64,000 nucleotides of DNA from Gammaproteobacteria bacterium. GTDB lineage: Bacteria; Pseudomonadota; Gammaproteobacteria; Acidiferrobacterales; Sulfurifustaceae. The stretch covers positions 4,101 to 68,100 of the forward strand of contig JACQBD010000095.1 of the NCBI GenBank assembly GCA_016194665.1. The letters run 5' to 3'. This document shows, in pieces, positions 49,245 through 58,522 of the stretch. The stretch's first letter is position 1. Every line of letters begins with the position of its first letter. Under the pieces are notes generated by a model. The model searched no databases. It worked only from the letters and a program-made list of their open reading frames with translations, and was not told the origin of the DNA. A program made the translations under genes and the position numbers.

Positions 49245-49267
49245 AATTAAACATAATCAACGCTGAC

Positions 49268-49723
49268 TTAGAATTTTTTGTACGTCAGCCATTTACCGTT
49301 TAAGGTAATCGCCATGCGCGCGACACCGGCGTCTTCGACCTTCTGAATGTCCACCGACATATCGATAGCGCTCATGATGCCGTCGCCAAAAATCTCATGC
49401 GCCACATCCTTAAAAACCGGGCCGTACAACATGATCGCCTCGTAGAACCGATATATAAAAGGATCGGTCGGCGGCCAAGGTTGAGAAGGCATACGATGCG
49501 GCGCCTGCATTAAAATTTTTTTCGCCTGCTCGGGCAGCGCCAACAGTCGCGTCAATCCTTGTGCTTCCACTTCGTTGGCCTGACCGTAGCCGTAAACCAG
49601 CATCGCCGCGTATACCGGGCTGCGGCCAATTTCCTTGCCGACTTGCGGCCACGTCAGCCCTTTTGCGTCTTTCGACTGTAGCGCCGCTTCTCTGATTTGA
49701 TCTCTACTTAGCACCACTAGCAT
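49268..49723 (-). CDS. cynS: Cyanate hydratase (cyanase)
   Basis: PTDPFIYRFYE, FGDGIMSAID, ITLNGKWLTY. Confidence 0.95.
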   Translation of the reverse strand: MLVVLSRDQIREAALQSKDAKGLTWPQVGKEIGRSPVYAAMLVYGYGQANEVEAQGLTRLLALPEQAKKILMQAPHRMPSQPWPPTDPFIYRFYEAIMLYGPVFKDVAHEIFGDGIMSAIDMSVDIQKVEDAGVARMAITLNGKWLTYKKF

Positions 49724-49755
49724 TTCCCTTTTTCATCAAGCGGGGTTAACGGTGA

Positions 49756-51021
49756 TCAAACTTTTACCTTAAAGCTGTCGGCATACTTTTTCGGGTCACT
49801 ACCGTCCCACACCACGCCATCCATCAACTTGGCGCTACGCATCGGACTCGTCGGCAGCGGCGTCTTAACTTGAGTCGCCGCTTGCGTGTAAAGATCGATC
49901 TGATTTATCTGCTTGGCCACCGTTAGATAGTCAGGATCTTCCTTGAGCAAACCCCAACGGCGATGCTGGGTCAGAAACCACATGCCATCCGACAAATAAG
50001 GAAAACCCACCTTACCGTCGTTGTAGAATTTCATGTAATTCGCATCCTTCCATTTCTTGCCCAAACCGTTTTCGTACTCGCCTTTCATGCGTCCTTCGAT
50101 CACACTCTCTTCGGTGTTGACGTAGGATTTCTGCGCAATAATCTCTGCGACTTTTGGGCGATTACTCATGGTATCGATATATTTCGAGGCCTCAAGAATC
50201 GCCATGACCATGGCGCGCGCGGTGTTCGGATTTTTTTGCACAAACTCCAAACGTGTGCCTAATACTTTTTCCGGATGATCCTTCCAGATTTCCTGCGTGG
50301 TGATGGCGGTGAAACCAATCTTGTCGTAAATAGCGCGCGCACCCCAAGGTTCGCCGACACAATAACCATCCATGTTGCCGACGCGCATATTCGCCACCAT
50401 TTGCGGCGGCGGCACGGTAATGGATTTCACATCGTTGAAGGGATGGATGCCATTGGCCGCGAGCCAGTAATAAATCCACATGGCGTGCGTGCCGGTCGGG
50501 AAAGTCTGTGCGAAAGTATATTCGCGCTTCTCTTTGGCGATAAGCGCCTTAAGCGTTGCGCCATCGGTGACGCCCTTATCTTTCAATTGATTCGACAATG
50601 TAATGGCTTGACCGTTGTGGTTTAAGCTCATTAACACGGCCATTTCTTTTTTCGGACCGCCGATGCCCAGATGCAAACCATAAACCAAGCCGTACAGCAC
50701 ATGCGAAGCATCGAGCTCGCCGTTCACCAGCTTGTCGCGCACTGCCGCCCAACTTGCTTCTTTGGAAGGCGTGATCTTGATGCCGTATTTTTTATCGAAG
50801 CCCATCTCGGAGGCGACCGCGACGCTGGCGCAATCCGTGAGCGGAATAAAACCGATTTTAACTTCGGTCTTTTCCGGCGCATCCGAACCCGCGGCCCAGG
50901 CGCCCGCGCGCCAGGCAGCGGACAATCCTAAAGCGCCGGCGCCCACTAGTCCCGCCTTCAAAAATCCGCGACGCGTGAGGCTGGAGGCGGCAGAATCGAT
51001 TTTCGTTTTCTTGTCTTTCAT
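49756..51021 (-). CDS. CmpA/NrtA-family substrate-binding protein (NasF/CynA-like)
   Basis: Tat motif TRRGFLK, GFIPLTDCA, TFPTGTHAMW, VPPPQMVANM, CVGEPW. Confidence 0.93.
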   Translation of the reverse strand: MKDKKTKIDSAASSLTRRGFLKAGLVGAGALGLSAAWRAGAWAAGSDAPEKTEVKIGFIPLTDCASVAVASEMGFDKKYGIKITPSKEASWAAVRDKLVNGELDASHVLYGLVYGLHLGIGGPKKEMAVLMSLNHNGQAITLSNQLKDKGVTDGATLKALIAKEKREYTFAQTFPTGTHAMWIYYWLAANGIHPFNDVKSITVPPPQMVANMRVGNMDGYCVGEPWGARAIYDKIGFTAITTQEIWKDHPEKVLGTRLEFVQKNPNTARAMVMAILEASKYIDTMSNRPKVAEIIAQKSYVNTEESVIEGRMKGEYENGLGKKWKDANYMKFYNDGKVGFPYLSDGMWFLTQHRRWGLLKEDPDYLTVAKQINQIDLYTQAATQVKTPLPTSPMRSAKLMDGVVWDGSDPKKYADSFKVKV

Positions 51022-51038
51022 GGCTTCTCCTATTCGTT

Positions 51039-51123
51039 AAAATAAAAAGCGTCCATCCGCGTGAGGCCGTTCTCGTGCGAATGGACGCCGTTGTCCGATG
51101 CGGCGCGTCGCCATTGACGCGCC
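51039..51123 (-). promoter_or_regulatory. ANTAR (NasT) antitermination leader: tandem hexaloop hairpins plus terminator
   Basis: P1 GGCGCGTC-AATGGC-GACGCGCC, P2 GGAC-AACGGC-GTCC overlapping terminator GCGTCCATTCGC..GCGGATGGACGC-TTTTTATTTT. Confidence 0.88.
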
Positions 51124-51177
51124 TGTTGGTATTCTGCGTATCGTCTTCGTGTTGAGGTCGATACGTAGTGCTCGTAA

Positions 51178-51194
51178 AGCAATCGTCATGCCAA
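51178..51194 (-). promoter_or_regulatory. Sigma54 promoter of the nrtA-cynS operon
   Basis: TTGGCATGACGATTGCT; NtrC-like GCAC-N7-GTGA near 51269-51283. Confidence 0.8.
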
Positions 51195-51364
51195 CTACTA
51201 AATCATGCGAAACTACACTAATACAGGCTGTTTTGCGCACACCGAGCGAGCGTTGCGCGGCGCCAAAAGCACCGTGTTGGTGAATAATTTTTGGTGGCTG
51301 ATGTGGAATGGTGCATGTCGCCGCTGAAACATCGAAGCATGGATGGGTATTTTTAAAACGGCGG

Positions 51365-51949
51365 TTAAGCATGCGATAGCAAATCCTCGGCGGCAATCAG
51401 TGCGTCGGCGATATCCACCAAGCGCTTGCCGCGGTCCATTGCCATCTTGCGCAGACTGCGATACGCCTCGTCCTCGGTGTAACCGCGAGTCTTCATCAGA
51501 ATGCCTTTGGCGCGCTCGACGCGCTTGCGTTCGGCCAGCGAAGCAGTCGCCTGATCCAAGCGGCGGCGCATGGCCTGGAATTCCTGGAAACGCGCCATCG
51601 CCACTTCGATGACGGGCTGCACACGCTGGCTGCTTAAGCCCCGAACCACGTAAGCGCTGACGCCGGCGCGCATCGCAGCGCGAATTTTGTCGCGGTCGTC
51701 GTCATGCGTGAACATCACCACCGGTCGCGGCAGATCGCGGTCGATCACGCACAAATGCTCTAAGGTATCGCGATCCGGTGAATCGACGTCGATGATGATG
51801 ACGTCCGGCTGCATTTCGCTCACGCGCGAAGCGATGTTCTCATGCGGACTGATACAGGCTACCACTCGATAACCCGCGTCATGCAAAGCTTGGCGCAACA
51901 GCTCGGCGCGTTCCGGGCTTTCATCCACTACCATGACGCTGATATTCAT
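51365..51949 (-). CDS. nasT: ANTAR response regulator NasT
   Basis: PDVIIIDVDSPDRDTLE, AGVSAYVV, ERKRVERAKGILM..AYRSLRKMAM. Confidence 0.9.
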   Translation of the reverse strand: MNISVMVVDESPERAELLRQALHDAGYRVVACISPHENIASRVSEMQPDVIIIDVDSPDRDTLEHLCVIDRDLPRPVVMFTHDDDRDKIRAAMRAGVSAYVVRGLSSQRVQPVIEVAMARFQEFQAMRRRLDQATASLAERKRVERAKGILMKTRGYTEDEAYRSLRKMAMDRGKRLVDIADALIAAEDLLSHA

Positions 51950-52611
51950 TTACCGTGCAATACATTTTCGAAATTAACAGGATCGGTGACGGGCGCGAAG
52001 CTATTCAGCGTCGTATCTGGCAATGCTTCTTGGCCCAGCAGCGTCGCTTCCACGCTGACTATTTGCTGCGCCAACATCGCCAGACTTTTGCCGGCGGCAG
52101 CGGCCATCTGATTCAGCACATTGAACGCTTCCTTATCCACCAAGCCACGTCTATTCATCAAAATATTTTTGGCGCGCTCAATATTCCTACGAGCGGAAAC
52201 CTGCGCCAAAGCCTTGTCGCGCTCCGCGCGCAATGCTTGATATTCGCGAAACCGCAGCATCGCTGCTTCCAGTACCGGACCGACGCGCGCGATTTGTAGA
52301 CCGTCGACCACGTAAGCACTGACGCCGGCTTTAATCGCCGTGCGCAGCGGCACGCTGTCGGCGCGTTCCGCAAACACGATAATGGGCAATGGATTTTCGC
52401 GCGAAATTTTTTGCAGCTGTTGCAATAAACCGGGATCGGGCGCGACCAAACCGACGATAAGCGCATCCGGTTTAACTTGACGCACGTAGAAACTTAAATC
52501 GTCATCCACGCGAATCGTCGTCAAAACCTGATGCCGCGCGGCCGTCAACGCCGATTCGAGCAAGGCCGCGCGATTGCGGTGGTCGGTCATCAGCAAAATT
52601 CGAAGTCGCAT
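51946..52611 (-). CDS. Degenerate NasT-like pseudo-receiver/ANTAR protein
   Basis: Paralog of nasT (AGVSAYVVDGL, IERAKNILM); ATGA overlap with nasT. Confidence 0.8.
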   Translation of the reverse strand: MRLRILLMTDHRNRAALLESALTAARHQVLTTIRVDDDLSFYVRQVKPDALIVGLVAPDPGLLQQLQKISRENPLPIIVFAERADSVPLRTAIKAGVSAYVVDGLQIARVGPVLEAAMLRFREYQALRAERDKALAQVSARRNIERAKNILMNRRGLVDKEAFNVLNQMAAAAGKSLAMLAQQIVSVEATLLGQEALPDTTLNSFAPVTDPVNFENVLHGK

Positions 52612-52644
52612 GGCGCTTTACCGTCTGTTCTTGCCATGAGCTAT

Positions 52645-52661
52645 AGCAACCGCTATGCCAG
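52645..52661 (-). promoter_or_regulatory. Sigma54 promoter of the ANTAR gene pair
   Basis: CTGGCATAGCGGTTGCT; NtrC-like boxes at 52735-52751 and 52765-52781. Confidence 0.75.
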
Positions 52662-52841
52662 CTATCTATTTAATACTAACTGCTTGATTCAGCGGGAAAC
52701 AAAGGTAGAAAAGTGCTTTATTTTAGCGGACAAATGCACGTTGATGGTGAATGCGATACGAGCATGCTCGGCTTTGGTGCGCTATTAAAACTGCGGGGGC
52801 GTGCTTTTTATCTTTTTACGAGAGACACCAACTTGAAGATG

Positions 52842-53774
52842 CTAAGGCCGACCGTCTTCGATAGCATCTTTTTTCACTGGCATCAAATCTTCGCGCGAAA
52901 CGCCAAGCCACATGACAATGGGACTGGCCACGAGCACGGAAGAATAGATGCCGAAGAGGATGCCGATGGTGAGCGCAAGGGCGAAGTAATGCAGCGTCTC
53001 GCCGCCGAAGAACAACATGGAGAGCACGGCAAGTTGGGTGCAACCGTGAGTAATAATCGTGCGCGACATGGTGCGGGTGATGGCGTTGTCGATGATTTCA
53101 GGCACGCTGGCTTTGCGCAGCTTGCGGAAATTTTCACGCACGCGGTCGAAGACTACGACCGATTCGTTCACCGAATAACCGAGGATGGCGAGCACCGCGG
53201 CCAATACCGTGAGTGAGAATTCCCATTGGAAAAAGGCAAAACATCCCAAAATGATCACAACGTCGTGCAAGTTGGCGACGATCGCGGCGACGCCGAATTT
53301 CCATTCGAAACGGAACCATAAATAGAACACAATGCCGAGAGAGACGAATAGCAACGCCAAACCGCCGTTCTCTACTAATTCTTTACCTACCTGCGGACCG
53401 ACAAATTCAACGCGCCGCAGTTCCACCGTCGGGTCCGCTTGGCGCAAGGAATCCATCACGGTTTCGGATAATTTGGCGCTGGAAGTATCGCGCTTCAGCG
53501 GCAAGCGAATCAAAACGTCGCGCGAGGTGCCGAAGTTCTGTACCGAGACGTCTTGAAACCCGAGCTTGGCGAACGAATCGCGAATTTTAGATACGTCGGC
53601 CGCCTGCCGATAGCTGACTTCCATGACGGTGCCGCCGGTGAAATCCACGCCGAAATTCAAACCGCGCACCGCCAGAAAAAATACCGCGAGCAGAAACGTG
53701 ATCAACGAAATAACGTTGAACGCCAGCGCGTAGCGCATGAACGGAATATCTTTTTTGATTTTGAAAAATTCCAT
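52842..53774 (-). CDS. secF: Protein translocase subunit SecF
   Basis: GVDFTGG, FVGPQVG, GYSVNESVVVFDRVRE. Confidence 0.97.
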   Translation of the reverse strand: MEFFKIKKDIPFMRYALAFNVISLITFLLAVFFLAVRGLNFGVDFTGGTVMEVSYRQAADVSKIRDSFAKLGFQDVSVQNFGTSRDVLIRLPLKRDTSSAKLSETVMDSLRQADPTVELRRVEFVGPQVGKELVENGGLALLFVSLGIVFYLWFRFEWKFGVAAIVANLHDVVIILGCFAFFQWEFSLTVLAAVLAILGYSVNESVVVFDRVRENFRKLRKASVPEIIDNAITRTMSRTIITHGCTQLAVLSMLFFGGETLHYFALALTIGILFGIYSSVLVASPIVMWLGVSREDLMPVKKDAIEDGRP

Positions 53775-53783
53775 GACGCGTTT

Positions 53784-55706
53784 TTATCCCGTTGCCTTGT
53801 CCGCTTCTTTCCAGCGGGTGTTGCCGATTAAAACTTTATCGATCTTGCGACGGTTGCCGTACAGCAAGTTCACCATGCTGCGCGACACCATCACCGCGCT
53901 GAACATGGAAGTGAGAATGCCTAAGCACAACACCACGGCGAATCCGCGCACCGATCCTGAGCCGAACATTAATAGCGCCAAACCGGCGATTAGCGTGGTG
54001 ACATTGGAATCTAAAATAGTACCGAAGGCGCGTTCATAGCCGGTGTAAATGCTGGCTTGCGGCGTGTTACCGTTGCGCAATTCTTCGCGGATGCGTTCGT
54101 TGATCAAAACGTTGGCGTCAATGGCCATGCCGACCGTGAGCGCGATACCAGCCATGCCGGGCAAGGTCAAGGTGGCTTGCAACATCGACAGCAAGGCGAC
54201 CAACAATAGTACGTTGACCGCCAGTGACAGCACCGAGATAAAGCCGAAGACGAGATAATAAACGATCATAAAGGTAGCGATCGCCGCGAAACCAACCCAA
54301 GTCGAATGAAAACCCTTGGCGATGTTGTCGGCGCCGAGGCTCGGGCCGACGGTGCGTTCTTCGATAATATCCACCGGCGCGGCGAATGCGCCGGCGCGCA
54401 GCAACAAAGACAATTCATTTGCTTCTTGCGGCGAATCCAGACCTTCGATCTGGAAACGTTTACCGAGCTGCGAGCGAATCACCGGCGCGGTAATCACTTC
54501 TTCGACGCGCTTGCTTACACGCGCTTGACGTCCATTGGCATCGAGCACCGGTTTGCCCTGCTCATCCAATTTCGGTTCGGATTTAATTTCGATGTACACC
54601 ACCGCCATGCGCTTGCCGACACTTTCGCCGGTGACGCGCTGATTGACGGCGGCGCCGCGGGCATCGAGCGTGATCGACACGATCGCGCTGCCGCCTTGGC
54701 TGTCGAAACCGGGGGCGGCGTCGACGATATTGTCGCCGGAATAAATCAGCCGATTTTTAAGCAGAATCGGCCGGCCGTCGCGCATCTTGTACAGCTTCGA
54801 GCCGGCCGGTACTTGCGTCATGGCGCTGGCGAGGTCGTGTTCTTCATCGACCATCATGATTTCCAGCGTGGCGGTGCGACCGAGGATTTCTTTAGCGCGC
54901 GCCGTGTCCTGCACGCCGGGCAATTGCACCACAATACGATCTTGGCCTTGCTGCTGAATGATCGGCTCGGCGACGCCCAATTCATTCACGCGATTACGCA
55001 GCGAGTTTATATTTTGCTCCAAGGCGAAGCGGCCTTTTTCCAACACCGCCGATTGTTTCATCTTGGCGCTGATAATAAATTCATTGCCGCGGTTTTCTTC
55101 GACCACGTCGAGGTCCGCCAATTCTTTATTTAAAACAGCTTGGCCTTTGTCGCGCTCGGCGGCGTCACGGAAACGAATTTCAATGCCGCCGCGTTCCAGG
55201 CGATTGACGGTGAGATATTGCACTTTCTTCTCGCGCAACGCGCGACGCATATCGTCGGCGTAAGTCTCTTCGGCTTTCTTCAGCACCGCGCTCATGTCGA
55301 CTTGCATCAAGAAATGCACGCCACCGCGCAAATCCAAACCGAGATACATGGGCTTGGCGTTGATCGCGTTCAGCCATGCCGGCGTCGCCGGCAAAAGATT
55401 CAAAGCCACGGTGAAATGTTCGCCGACCGCTTTCTGTATCAGATCGCGCGCTTTAAGCTGCGTTTCGGTGTCGCTGAAACGAATGCGCGCGCCGGTTTCA
55501 TCCAGCACCGCGCCGGTATAAGCCAGATTCGCCTGTTTCAGTTGGCTCTCGACATAACTCACCAGCGCTTGATCTACTTTGGTGGTGCGCGTGGCGGAAA
55601 TCTGCACCGCCGGATACTCGCCGTAAAAATTCGGCAAGGCGTAGACAAATCCCACCACGACGATGATCAGAACCAGCAGATATTTCCAGAGAGGATATTT
55701 ATTCAT
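53784..55706 (-). CDS. secD: Protein translocase subunit SecD
   Basis: LGLDLRGG, NELGVAEP, TVGPSLG, GMAIDANVLINERIREE. Confidence 0.97.
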   Translation of the reverse strand: MNKYPLWKYLLVLIIVVVGFVYALPNFYGEYPAVQISATRTTKVDQALVSYVESQLKQANLAYTGAVLDETGARIRFSDTETQLKARDLIQKAVGEHFTVALNLLPATPAWLNAINAKPMYLGLDLRGGVHFLMQVDMSAVLKKAEETYADDMRRALREKKVQYLTVNRLERGGIEIRFRDAAERDKGQAVLNKELADLDVVEENRGNEFIISAKMKQSAVLEKGRFALEQNINSLRNRVNELGVAEPIIQQQGQDRIVVQLPGVQDTARAKEILGRTATLEIMMVDEEHDLASAMTQVPAGSKLYKMRDGRPILLKNRLIYSGDNIVDAAPGFDSQGGSAIVSITLDARGAAVNQRVTGESVGKRMAVVYIEIKSEPKLDEQGKPVLDANGRQARVSKRVEEVITAPVIRSQLGKRFQIEGLDSPQEANELSLLLRAGAFAAPVDIIEERTVGPSLGADNIAKGFHSTWVGFAAIATFMIVYYLVFGFISVLSLAVNVLLLVALLSMLQATLTLPGMAGIALTVGMAIDANVLINERIREELRNGNTPQASIYTGYERAFGTILDSNVTTLIAGLALLMFGSGSVRGFAVVLCLGILTSMFSAVMVSRSMVNLLYGNRRKIDKVLIGNTRWKEADKATG

Positions 55707-55747
55707 CTTATTTTTTTAAAACCGCGGCTACCGGCGGTTCCAGAATT

Positions 55748-56092
55748 CTAGACCGACTTGATCGTTCCTTTAGGTAGAACGGTCTGCACCGCATGCCGCT
55801 GCACTTTTACTTCCACACCCTCGGCCACTTCGATGCCGACGTAGGCTTCGCTCAAACTGGTGACGCGTCCCAGCACGCCGCCGGAGGTCACCACTTCATC
55901 GCCCTTGGCGATTGCGGCGATCATGGCTTTGTGTTCCTTGGCGCGCTTTGCCTGCGGGCGGATCAAAATGAAATAAAACGCGCCGAACAATACGCCGAGC
56001 ATGATCAAGGTCATAAAAGGATTGCCTTGTGCCGGCGCTCCCGCGGCGGCGGCCGGGGCTTCAGCCCAGGCTGATGAAATCAAAAAATTCAT
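55748..56092 (-). CDS. yajC: Preprotein translocase subunit YajC
   Basis: FYFILIRPQ, GDEVVTSGG. Confidence 0.96.
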   Translation of the reverse strand: MNFLISSAWAEAPAAAAGAPAQGNPFMTLIMLGVLFGAFYFILIRPQAKRAKEHKAMIAAIAKGDEVVTSGGVLGRVTSLSEAYVGIEVAEGVEVKVQRHAVQTVLPKGTIKSV

Positions 56093-56112
56093 AGCATTTC
56101 CTTAGCATTTTA

Positions 56113-57387
<1,275 letters not shown>

Positions 57388-57391
<4 letters not shown>

Positions 57392-58413
57392 ATTTTTTCT
57401 AAGAACATCGCATCTCCATAACTATAAAATCGATACTTGCGTTCCACCGCATGCTTATACGCCTTAAGCACATTTTCGGTTCCGCCGAAAGCGCACACCA
57501 GCATGAGCAACGTCGACTCCGGCAAATGAAAATTCGTCAGTAACGCATCGACAATTTGAAAACGATAACCGGGATAAATAAAAATACGCGTCTCACCGGC
57601 GTAGGGCTGAACGCGTCCGTTTTCGGCGATGGTTTCCAGTGCGCGCACGGTCGTGGTACCAACAGCGATGACGCGCCGCCCCGCTTGTTTAGCGGTGTTG
57701 ATTTTATCGCAGGCGCGCGAGTTTACCTTAAGATATTCCGCATGCATGCGATGTCCTTGAATATCCCTGCTACGAATCGGCTGAAACGTTCCTGCCCCCA
57801 CATGCAAGGTGACGAAAGCACTGTCCACGCCTTGCTTAGTTAATTGCTCGATCAGCGCTGCATCGAAGTGTAAACCCGCGGTCGGCGCGGCCACGGCGCC
57901 GGGTTCGCGCGCGTACACGGTTTGATAACGTTCGCGGTCGCAGGTTTCATCCTCGCGGTCGATATACGGAGGCAGCGGCATGTGGCCGATGCGTTCGAGA
58001 ATTTCCGTGACGGGGACGTCGGTGTCGAAAGCCAGCTCATAAAATTCTTCCACGCGCCCCAAGACTTGTACATCGATTTGGCCGTCGAGAGTAATGCGCT
58101 GTCCGGTTTTAGGGGGCTTGCTGGCGCGGATTTGGGCAATCACCTTAGTGTCATCGCGAATACGCTCGATTAATATTTCAATGCGACCGCCGCTTGCTTT
58201 GTGACCGTACAGACGCGCCGGCACCACGCGCGTATCGTTAAATATTAATAAGTCACCGGCATTCAGCAGCGCTGCTAAATCCGTGAATTGTCGATCCTGG
58301 ATAAAGCCTTTCGCGCTATCCAGGTACAACAAACGGCTGGCGCTGCGCGGCGTGACCGGATATTGGGCAATTAGCTCCGGTGGCAGCGAATAATTAAAAT
58401 CGGATTTATGCAT
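57388..58413 (-). CDS. queA: S-adenosylmethionine:tRNA ribosyltransferase-isomerase
   Basis: LIAQYP, FNDTRV, PLPPYI, AAPTAGLHF, TNFHLPES, YSYGDAM. Confidence 0.97.
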
Positions 58414-58522
58414 GGCGCGCACGCGCGGCGTGGAAAATAACTAACAATGCTGGCATCTATCGACGAGGTCGGCATACTATACTATGTGGCGATTGATTGA
58501 CCATCACGAACAATAAGGAAAT

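Noticed and set aside
51037-51396. 119-aa ORF upstream of nrtA
   Set aside because: Covers the sigma54 promoter, NtrC-like boxes and ANTAR leader; no protein features
54306-55751. Long plus-strand ORFs opposite secD (and similar ones opposite nirB, glgP and the RND pump)
   Set aside because: Antisense frames typical of GC-rich coding DNA, fully overlapping well-supported genes
58423-58522. tRNA gene often found beside queA
   Set aside because: No cloverleaf or GTTCGA T-loop in this 100-bp gap
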